From a virus, in IMG/VR virus record IMGVR_UViG_3300010370_005113, positions 6,919 to 70,918 of that record: 64,000 bases of DNA, one strand, 5' to 3'. A program made the position numbers and the translations under genes. Each line of letters begins with the position of its first letter. Positions within the stretch are counted from its first letter, which is position 1. This document shows positions 10,263-17,900 of this stretch, one piece after another. Below the pieces are notes generated by a model, which saw only the letters and a program-made list of their open reading frames with translations, was not told the DNA's origin and did not search any database.

Positions 10263-11035
10263 AAGTACCTGATTTATATGTTGGAAAAAGATTATTTGTT
10301 GGAGAAGGAAACCCAATTGCATTAGGATTAGGACCAACAGAAGCAAGAGGGTCTGCTTATATTGAAGGTCCTGCAATTGTTGGAGAACCCGGGTCATTTC
10401 CATTTAACTATGCAACTTTAATGGTTGGTCCAAATCGCAATGGAGAAGCAACCACACCAGTAGTACCTGGGGCACTTTGTACTGGCGTAAACAATCCATA
10501 TTCTCTAGCAGTTGATGGGAATGCAGCAATATTTGATAACTTAGACGTAGCTCAAAATATTGCTGCAGGTAATAACATCGTTGCTCAAGGAGAAGTAATG
10601 TCTCGGTGCGGAGGTCACATTCTTTCCGCAAAGAAAAACTTTGATATTCCACACCCAACCAAAGAAAATTGGAGGCTTCGTCACACCTGCCCCGAAGGTC
10701 CTTCCAATGATGTTTATGTTCGTGGAAGAGTTACTAATAAAACAGAAATTCAACTTCCAGAATATTGGAAAAAACTTGTAGACCCAAGATCAATTACAGT
10801 TTCTTTAACACCTGTTGGTGCTCATCAAGATGTAATTGTAAAACGAATTGGGGAAAATAAAGTATTTCTTCAAGCAAAAGGTGGTATGCCAATTGATTGT
10901 TTTTATCATATCTTTGCAGAAAGAAAAGATGGAGAAAAGTTAATCCCAGAATATGAGGGACAAACCCCAGCAGATTATCCAGGAAACAATAATGAATATT
11001 CTGTTTCTGGATACCATTATGATATTAAGGAGTAA
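10259..11035 (+). CDS. Conserved structural protein with FDIxHP...LRHxCxEGP domain
   Basis: ATGA overlap; C-terminal domain shared with the next gene. Confidence 0.6.
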   Translation: MKVPDLYVGKRLFVGEGNPIALGLGPTEARGSAYIEGPAIVGEPGSFPFNYATLMVGPNRNGEATTPVVPGALCTGVNNPYSLAVDGNAAIFDNLDVAQNIAAGNNIVAQGEVMSRCGGHILSAKKNFDIPHPTKENWRLRHTCPEGPSNDVYVRGRVTNKTEIQLPEYWKKLVDPRSITVSLTPVGAHQDVIVKRIGENKVFLQAKGGMPIDCFYHIFAERKDGEKLIPEYEGQTPADYPGNNNEYSVSGYHYDIKE

Positions 11036-11037
11036 TC

Positions 11038-11691
11038 ATGGCAAACGAATTCATACCTAGAAGTATTGGAAATAAAAATTGTGATGCTCCTATAGTAGGA
11101 ACACCACATCCAAATTTTGATTACATTCATAGAACAACAACGGGTGATGAAGATTATCCAGAAGATGCTTGTGCAAGGTATCTTCAAGTTAATGGAAAGT
11201 TTGATGCACTTCAGGTTACTGGTAATGTAACTGCATCATCTTTTACTGGAACAATTAATGTTCAGTCTTGGAAGGGGTTTGATATTAAACATCCAAATAA
11301 ACAAAATCATCGTCTTCGTCATATTTGTTTGGAAGGCCCTGAAGCTGGTGTTTATCATAGAGGAAGACTTACTAACTCTAATATAATTGATGTTCCCGAC
11401 TATTGGTATGGACTTATTGACCCAGAAAGTATTACAGTAAGTCTGACTCAAATTGGATACTCTCAAGATTTGATTGTTGAAAAAATTGAATGGGGTAAAA
11501 AGATCATTATTAAGTCAGGGAATGGATCTAATATCGATTGTTATTACACGATTCAAGCGGCAAGAATTGATGGTGAAAAACTCATTGTAGAATATGAAGG
11601 ATCAACTCCTGCAGACTATCCAGGAGACTCCTCTCAGTTTTCTATTTCGGGTTATGACTATGGCGCTAAGGGGGTTGACAGGGCAGACTGA
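11038..11691 (+). CDS. Paralog of the preceding structural protein
   Basis: FDIKHPNK..RLRHICLEGP...SITVSLT..G..QD...EYEG.TPADYPG shared with 10259-11035. Confidence 0.6.
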   Translation: MANEFIPRSIGNKNCDAPIVGTPHPNFDYIHRTTTGDEDYPEDACARYLQVNGKFDALQVTGNVTASSFTGTINVQSWKGFDIKHPNKQNHRLRHICLEGPEAGVYHRGRLTNSNIIDVPDYWYGLIDPESITVSLTQIGYSQDLIVEKIEWGKKIIIKSGNGSNIDCYYTIQAARIDGEKLIVEYEGSTPADYPGDSSQFSISGYDYGAKGVDRAD

Positions 11692-11703
11692 GTGCCCTAT
11701 ACT
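11675..11703 (+). promoter_or_regulatory. Sigma70-type (early) promoter TTGACA-N17-TATACT
   Basis: Near-consensus hexamers with a 17-nt spacer, 25 nt upstream of ATG 11729. Confidence 0.8.
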
Positions 11704-11728
11704 ACTAAGGTAATCATGAAACGAACCA

Positions 11729-11911
11729 ATGCAAGACGAGTACCTAGCACGATGCGTGGTTGATCCCCTAAAGCGTACAGTGTATCTGTATTCCACCGAA
11801 GGGTCAGAAAAGCAAGTGTCCTGTGAAACGGTTGAAGAGTTTATGAACGTGCTAGACTTTGTTCGTGCTACGGTGGATGAAAATACCCTCTCATACGCAA
11901 ATCCACTTTAA
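11729..11911 (+). CDS. Small hypothetical protein
   Basis: 60-aa ORF directly downstream of the sigma70 promoter and an AAGG RBS-like motif. Confidence 0.7.
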   Translation: MQDEYLARCVVDPLKRTVYLYSTEGSEKQVSCETVEEFMNVLDFVRATVDENTLSYANPL

Positions 11912-11970
11912 GTTTCATTTTAGGGTCCAAAAATTCCCGGTAAAATTTTCTCACGCGATACTTTTTCAAA

Positions 11971-12150
11971 ATGCGTCCAGAAACACGACAATCAATGGAA
12001 ATGCTGTTTTCCGCAAAATGGAATGTACCAACGGCAGCTGCAAATTGTAATCTTACTTGTAAAGAAATGAAGATTACATTTAATGAATACTGCCGTTTAC
12101 ATCCAAAAACTTACGTGGTACAATCTAACAATCAACTCAGTTTCTTCTGA
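11971..12150 (+). CDS. Small hypothetical protein (59 aa, not in ORF track)
   Basis: Manual translation MRPETRQSMEMLFSAKWNVPTAAANCNLTCKEMKITFNEYCRLHPKTYVVQSNNQLSFF; fills the gap before the tRNA. Confidence 0.65.
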   Translation: MRPETRQSMEMLFSAKWNVPTAAANCNLTCKEMKITFNEYCRLHPKTYVVQSNNQLSFF

Positions 12151-12158
12151 GTTTTTAT

Positions 12159-12244
12159 GGGCGAGTGATGAAATTGGTTAGACATCTCAGACTTAAAATC
12201 TGACGGGCATTGCGCCCATGCGGGTTCAAGTCCCGCCTCGCCTA
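12159..12244 (+). tRNA. trnL: tRNA-Leu(TAA)
   Basis: Acceptor GGGCGAG/CTCGCCT, anticodon arm TCAGA-CTTAAAA-TCTGA, long variable arm, canonical GGTTCAAGTCC T-arm; no encoded CCA. Confidence 0.93.
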
Positions 12245-12259
12245 TTAACGGTAAACTAA

Positions 12260-12267
12260 TATAAATA
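12260..12267 (+). promoter_or_regulatory. T4-type late promoter TATAAATA inside a start-codon-sequestering hairpin
   Basis: TAACGGTAA (12246-12254) pairs with TTACCGTTA (12282-12290, which includes the A of ATG). Confidence 0.75.
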
Positions 12268-12289
12268 GTATTGGTTATTGATTACCGTT

Positions 12290-12748
12290 ATGTCTAAGTC
12301 CAGAAATTATACAGATGAAGAATTTGCTTTAGCTGTAGAAGAAAGTGGTAGTATTCGCCAAGTTCTACAAAAACTAAATTTAAGAGAAGCAGGTGGAAAC
12401 TATCAATGTGCTAAAGAAAGAATTAAAAAACTTAATTTAAGTACTAATCACTTTTATGGGCAAGCGTGGAACAAAGGTAAAAAATTACCTAAAAGACAAC
12501 CTATTGAAACTTATCTTGTTGAAGATAGATTAGTTCAATCAAACAACTTAAAAAAGCGTTTGATTAATGAAGGTATAAAACAACATAAGTGCGAATGTTG
12601 CGGTATTACAGAATGGAATGGTAAAATTGCTCCAATAGAACTTGATCACATTGATGGAAATCGCTACAATAATCGGTTAGAAAATCTTCGTCTTTTATGC
12701 CCCAACTGTCACGCACAAACTCCTACCTATCGAGGTAGAAATAAATAA
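12290..12748 (+). CDS. HNH homing endonuclease
   Basis: CECC...ELDHIDGNRYNNRLENLRLLCPNCH HNH motif; ATG at 12290 is in frame with the track TTG at 12278. Confidence 0.9.
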   Translation: MSKSRNYTDEEFALAVEESGSIRQVLQKLNLREAGGNYQCAKERIKKLNLSTNHFYGQAWNKGKKLPKRQPIETYLVEDRLVQSNNLKKRLINEGIKQHKCECCGITEWNGKIAPIELDHIDGNRYNNRLENLRLLCPNCHAQTPTYRGRNK

Positions 12749-12771
12749 TCAAAAGTAGGAATAAACGTCCT

Positions 12772-13041
12772 ATGAAGTACAGAATTGATGCCGCATACGT
12801 TTGGTACAATAAAGGAACTCAAATTGTTCTGATGTACTTTATAAATCAAGTTCCATTTACTTTTGATGAACTTCCAGATTATGCAACGCAAGATTTGGAA
12901 TTAATTCATTTAGCAGATAACGAAAGACGTTTTGAACCAGAGGATTTATACAGGTCATCGTTCTATTTGATTGATGAGCAATGTCATCCTCTTATGTTTG
13001 ATGTTGAACTGGAAAATCCAGAAATGTTACCTGTTGATTAA
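12772..13041 (+). CDS. Hypothetical protein
   Basis: 89-aa ORF with AGGA RBS-like motif upstream. Confidence 0.7.
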   Translation: MKYRIDAAYVWYNKGTQIVLMYFINQVPFTFDELPDYATQDLELIHLADNERRFEPEDLYRSSFYLIDEQCHPLMFDVELENPEMLPVD

Positions 13042-13044
13042 CCT

Positions 13045-13115
13045 GCCCTATAAGCATTAAATTGATGCGCGACCTTTGTAACGTCGAGAACTCGGGGAGG
13101 TACCGGGATGGGGCT
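13045..13115 (+). tRNA. trnT: Atypical tRNA-Thr(TGT)
   Basis: Cloverleaf: GCCCTAT/ATGGGGC acceptor, GCAT/ATGC D-stem, CGAC/GTCG anticodon stem around TT-TGT-AA, CTCGG/CCGGG T-stem. T-loop is GGAGGTA rather than TTCRANY. Confidence 0.65.
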
Positions 13116-13118
13116 TAA

Positions 13119-13177
13119 CTAAATAATGATACCTGGATGTCTGCAAACTTCAGGAAGAGGGTGAAAATCCCTCTTTT
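13119..13177 (+). ncRNA. Putative late small RNA cassette, copy 1 (antisense to HNH leader)
   Basis: CTAAATA, 6 nt, CCTG-N15-CAGG, then terminator-like AAGAGGG/CCCTCTT-TT; 13133-13145 is complementary to 13194-13206. Confidence 0.55.
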
Positions 13178-13181
13178 ATTA

Positions 13182-13189
13182 TATAAATA
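13182..13189 (+). promoter_or_regulatory. T4-type late promoter TATAAATA for the second HNH gene
   Basis: Exact consensus 26 nt upstream of ATG 13216. Confidence 0.75.
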
Positions 13190-13215
13190 CCTATGCAGAC
13201 ATCTAGAGTAGAACT

Positions 13216-13827
13216 ATGCCTAACTGGACGGAAGAAGGTTTCCAGCGTATTGTTGATGCTGGAAAAAAGAGTGCATTACTATCTAAAGAACGGTCTAAAC
13301 AACTTCAGGTAGAATATTATAAAAATCCAAAGTTATGTTTAAATTGTTCAGAGATAATACCATATTGTAAAAAAAGAGAAAATAAATTTTGCAGTAGTTC
13401 TTGTTCTGCTACAGTTTCTAATGCTAAAAGAATAAAGAAAAAAATTTGTTTAGTCTGTGATAATGAAATCAAAAAAGGAGCATCAAAATATTGTTCAATA
13501 AAGTGTCAAAAAACATATCATTTTAATCAGAGGTTGATTGATTGGATAAATGGTGATGCTGTAACAAACTCAAGAAACTTTTTCAGAAGATATTTAACAG
13601 AGACGCAGGGATACAAATGCTCTTGCTGTCAAATTTCTGAATGGAATGGCAAATCAATTGTTTTAGAGATAGACCATATAGATGGAAATTCTGAAAATAA
13701 TAGACCAGAAAATTTAAGATTTATCTGTCCAAACTGCCATTCACAAACTGAAACATATAAAGCAAGAAATATAGGCAAAGGAAGACATTATAGAAGAGAA
13801 CGATATGCTGCTGGACAGAGTTACTAA
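13216..13827 (+). CDS. HNH homing endonuclease with N-terminal Cys-rich zinc-finger repeats
   Basis: CxxC/CSxxC repeats, then CSCC...LEIDHIDGNSENNRPENLRFICPNCH. Confidence 0.9.
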   Translation: MPNWTEEGFQRIVDAGKKSALLSKERSKQLQVEYYKNPKLCLNCSEIIPYCKKRENKFCSSSCSATVSNAKRIKKKICLVCDNEIKKGASKYCSIKCQKTYHFNQRLIDWINGDAVTNSRNFFRRYLTETQGYKCSCCQISEWNGKSIVLEIDHIDGNSENNRPENLRFICPNCHSQTETYKARNIGKGRHYRRERYAAGQSY

Positions 13828-13862
13828 ATTATGATAGGATACTAAAAGAGATAAAACTCCAA

Positions 13863-14057
13863 ATGTCACTAATTTCGCAAAGAGATAGGCAACTCGCCAT
13901 TGAAGCATTAGAATATTACCGTGATGATGCTTTAAAAAAAGAAGAAGCATTTAAAGAACTTGGTGTAACTGATGTTCAACTCAATGATGCCTTTATGATG
14001 GAACTGAATGCTCTTATAAATTGGATTAAACTGGAATATTTCAAAAATGAAAATTAA
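13863..14057 (+). CDS. Small hypothetical protein
   Basis: 64-aa ORF in the gene-dense + strand run. Confidence 0.65.
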   Translation: MSLISQRDRQLAIEALEYYRDDALKKEEAFKELGVTDVQLNDAFMMELNALINWIKLEYFKNEN

Positions 14058-14214
14058 TCTCTGGTATTGTAAAGATATGAATCAATGGCGTTGGACTCTT
14101 ACTGATGACCATCGTCCTGTTGTTAAAATGGAATCTGGACAGCAACCAAATCTTCGTGATGCGATGAATGATGTTGCAAATACGGTAGAATACATGATGA
14201 ATGGCGAAGACTGA
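14047..14214 (+). CDS. Small hypothetical protein (55 aa, not in ORF track)
   Basis: Manual translation MKINLWYCKDMNQWRWTLTDDHRPVVKMESGQQPNLRDAMNDVANTVEYMMNGED; overlaps both neighbours. Confidence 0.65.
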   Translation: MKINLWYCKDMNQWRWTLTDDHRPVVKMESGQQPNLRDAMNDVANTVEYMMNGED

Positions 14215-14833
14215 TTTTTATATTGATAAGGTTTCTAAAAAACAAGCAGAAGATATTTTATTAGAATATCATTACCTGAAAGATTTCTCAAAAGGATTCA
14301 AATCTGGTTATAATTATGGTTTGTTTGAAAAAAATGATTTTTCTCCACTAAATCTTGGTGGAGTTTTAGGAGTTTGTATTTTTACTGGATTACCTGTACC
14401 TGAAGTTGCTAAAGGAGCATTTGGACTTGAAAGAAACGAACAACAAGGACTCTTTGAACTCTCAAGACTTTGCATCCACCCTATTACGCAGTCACGAGAA
14501 TATAACATCACTTCTTGGTTTGTGTCACAGGCGATTAGACAACTTCGGAAAGATACTGAAGTTAAAGCAATCCTTTCTTATGCTGATTCAGATCACCATT
14601 CTGGTACAATTTATCGCGCTTGCAACTTTAAATATTACGGTCTCACGGATCGAAAAAAAGATTTCTACTATTCAGACGGAACTAAACACTCTCGTGGAAA
14701 AATAAAGGGCGAAGATGGTGAATGGAAAGACCGTAGTAGAAAGCATAGATACTTGATGATATTTGATAAAGAGTTGAAAAAGAGCTTGACGTGGGAAGAA
14801 GAGAAGTGGTATAATAATCAAGGCGATACTTAA
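14201..14833 (+). CDS. mom: Mom-family (GNAT-fold) DNA adenine modification protein
   Basis: YHYL, ELSRLC, SWFVS and ILSYADSDHHSGTIYRACNF resemble Mu Mom-like proteins. Confidence 0.75.
   Translation: MAKTDFYIDKVSKKQAEDILLEYHYLKDFSKGFKSGYNYGLFEKNDFSPLNLGGVLGVCIFTGLPVPEVAKGAFGLERNEQQGLFELSRLCIHPITQSREYNITSWFVSQAIRQLRKDTEVKAILSYADSDHHSGTIYRACNFKYYGLTDRKKDFYYSDGTKHSRGKIKGEDGEWKDRSRKHRYLMIFDKELKKSLTWEEEKWYNNQGDT
14786..14815 (+). promoter_or_regulatory. Sigma70-type promoter TTGACG-N18-TATAAT with extended -10 TG
   Basis: Inside the 3' end of the mom-like gene, about 40 nt upstream of a terminator. Confidence 0.6.
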
Positions 14834-14856
14834 CCAGACCCTTCCGTGTGCTTCAG

Positions 14857-14876
14857 AACCTCCTTCGGGGGGTTTT
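14857..14876 (+). terminator. Rho-independent terminator with UUCG tetraloop
   Basis: AACCTCC-TTCG-GGGGGTT followed by a T-rich tail. Confidence 0.85.
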
Positions 14877-14922
14877 GTTGTATGATAAATAATCCATAAC
14901 GGAAACTATAAGCACTAATAAA

Positions 14923-17900
14923 ATGGGTCTCTCTCGTTTAGACAATTTTCTGAAGTCAGTTCGCGGCACAATAATTTACGTTGATCCAAATAGCATTGAT
15001 GCTACGGATAGCATTGAAAACCAAGGTAACTCCTTAACAAGACCTTTTAAAACAATTCAAAGAGCTCTTGTAGAGGCATCAAGATTTTCTTATCAGCGTG
15101 GACTAGATAACGATAGATTTAACAAAACAACAATTGTTCTTTACCCTGGAGACCACGTTGTAGATAACCGTCCTGGTTGGATTCCTGACGGATCAAATAA
15201 CTATAGATTGAGAAGTGGTGCAACTTCAAATGATTTTGGTGCATGGGACTTAACAACTAATTTTGATTTAAGTGTTGAGAATAATGCACTTTATAAGTTA
15301 AACAGTATTCATGGTGGGGTTATTGTACCTCGTGGTACTTCAATCGTTGGTATGGATCTTCGTAAAACAAAGATTCGACCAAAATATGTACCAAACCCAG
15401 AGAATGATCAAATTGAAAGATCTGCAGTTTTTCGTGTAACTGGTGGTTGTTATTTTTGGCAGTTTTCAGTTCTTGATGCTGACCCCAATGATGTTTGCTA
15501 TAAGGACTATACAACTAATCAATTTGTTCCTAACTTCTCTCACCACAAACTTACTGCATTTGAATATGCTGATGGTGTAAATGATGTAAGTATTGATGAT
15601 GACTTTCAAACATATTCAACGAATCGTACAGATTTGGATATGTATTATGAGAAAGTTGGACTTGCTTATGGTCCTGCTTCTGGTCGTGAAATTCAACCAG
15701 ATTATCCTTCATCATCACTTGATATTCAAACAAAGATTGATGAATATCGTATTGTAGGTTCCAGAGGAAAAGAAGTTGGTATTACCAGCATTCGTGCTGG
15801 AGATGGAGCTAGCTCTACAACAACTATTACCGTTACGTTAGAGGAAGCAGCAACTGAATTTGATGTAGACACTCCAATTCAAATTCAAGGTGTGGGTTCT
15901 GCTGGATATGATGGTCAATATGTTGTCTTTAATAAGGTAGATTCTACTAATATTCAATATAAAGTTCAAAATGCTCCGATTAATCCTCTTCCTACGATTA
16001 CTGGATCTACAATTAATATCGCTGTTGATACAGTAACTTCAGCATCTCCATACATCTTTAATATTTCCATGCGCTCTGTGTATGGTATGTGTGGTCTTCA
16101 TGCTGATGGCGATAAAGCATCTGGATTTAAGAGCATGGTTGTTGCTCAATTTACTGGAATTGGACTGCAAAAAGATGATAATGCGTTTGTAAAATATAAT
16201 TCAACGTCAGGAACATATGGGGATAATACCGTTTCGGGGAATGAAAATATTCATTCAGATTCCAGAGCAAGATTCAAACCATCATATGAAAACTATCATA
16301 TCAAAGCTTCAAATGAGGCATATATTCAGGTAGTATCTGTATTTGCGATTGGTTATGCAAATCATTTCCTTTCTGAATCTGGTGGTGATCAATCTATCAA
16401 TAACTCTAACTCCAACTTTGGTGCTAAATCATTAGTTGCATCTGGATTTAGAAAGAGTGCATTTACAAGAGATGATGTTGGATATATTACTCACATCATT
16501 CCACCAAAAGAAAATGAGAATACTGAAACCAGTATTGAGTTTCTAGCACTTGATGTAGCAAAGACGGTAGGAACTGCATCAACAAATAAATTATATCTTT
16601 ATAATGAAACAAATGAAGCAACTCCACCGGACTATGTAATTGATGGTTATAGAATTGGTGCAAGAGAAAATGAACAACTGAATGTTCTGATTTCTCAAAG
16701 TGGTGTATCAACCACATATTCGGCAAGAATCATTATGCCGAATACTCAGTACTCTGGAAATGAGGTAAGTGCTGAGAAAAAATTTACTGTTGGTAGAAGT
16801 AATGTAGGCGTAAATAGCATTACAAGTAATGTTCTTACATTAACCAGTAATCACAACTTTATTAATGGAGAAACCCTTCGTGTAATCAGTGAAACTGGAC
16901 AACTTCCCGATGGTCTTACAAACAATACAGTTTATTTTGCAATTACATCAGGAACAAGCATTGTAAGTGCGGACCAAATCAAACTTGCACAAACACTTAA
17001 TGATGCATTGAGTGATAATGCAATTACTTTGAATAGCAAAGGTGGTACTTTAAGTGTTGTAAGTAGAGTTAGTGATAAAAAAGCAGGAGACATTGGGCAT
17101 CCAATCCAATATGACTCTTCTGCAAGTCAGTGGTATGTAAATGTTGCTACTGCAAGCACAGAAAGGGCACTGTATAATATCATTAATTCACTAGGAACTG
17201 CTGGGCTTGGAAACGCTACTCCAAGGTCCTACATTAACCGTAAACCAGATACTAGAAGTTTAACAGATACCATTTATCGTGTTCGTTATGTAATTCCTGC
17301 GGATTCTTCAATTAATGCAAGACCTCCGATTGATGGATATGTACTTCAAGAATCCAATACTTCAATCGGTTCTACAAACACTGAAGTTGGTTTCCTTTAT
17401 AATCCAACGTCAGCAACTCTGAATAACTCAACACAACTCAGAAATCCAAGATACATTGCAGGAGTAAATTGGTCTGGTGGAACTGCAAACATTATTACTG
17501 AAATCCCACATGATTTAAATGTTGGTTCTCAGGTTGAAATTATTAACGTTAAGAGTAGCAATAATACTACAGGTGTTGCAAACTCTGCGTATAATGGAAC
17601 TTTTACTGTTGCAGGTATTAGTAGTGCGAAGCAGTTTAGTGTTGCAGTCACCAATGATCCCGGAACCTTTACAAATGATACTTCTGCAAGAACAACAGCA
17701 CTACCATACTTTAAGAAGAAGAAAACTTTAGGGACATATTATATCTACAGAAGTCAGGAAATTCAGGAGTATGTGCCTGGACAGCAAGATGGAATTTATC
17801 ACTTGTTGGTTCTCAACTCATCCAACTCACCATCTGTTACTCCATTTAATGAGTTAAGATTTTCTCAACCAGTTCAAAATCTTTATCCACAAAACAATAG

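Noticed and set aside
11859-12050. 63-aa ORF in the track
   Set aside because: Overlaps two better-supported ORFs (11729-11911 and 11971-12150) in other frames.
12159-12244. Group I intron in tRNA-Leu(UAA), as in many cyanobacteria
   Set aside because: The anticodon loop is uninterrupted, and the neighbouring HNH gene is free-standing outside the tRNA.
14406-14705. 99-aa alternative-frame ORF inside the mom-like gene
   Set aside because: Fully nested, with no recognisable motif or RBS.
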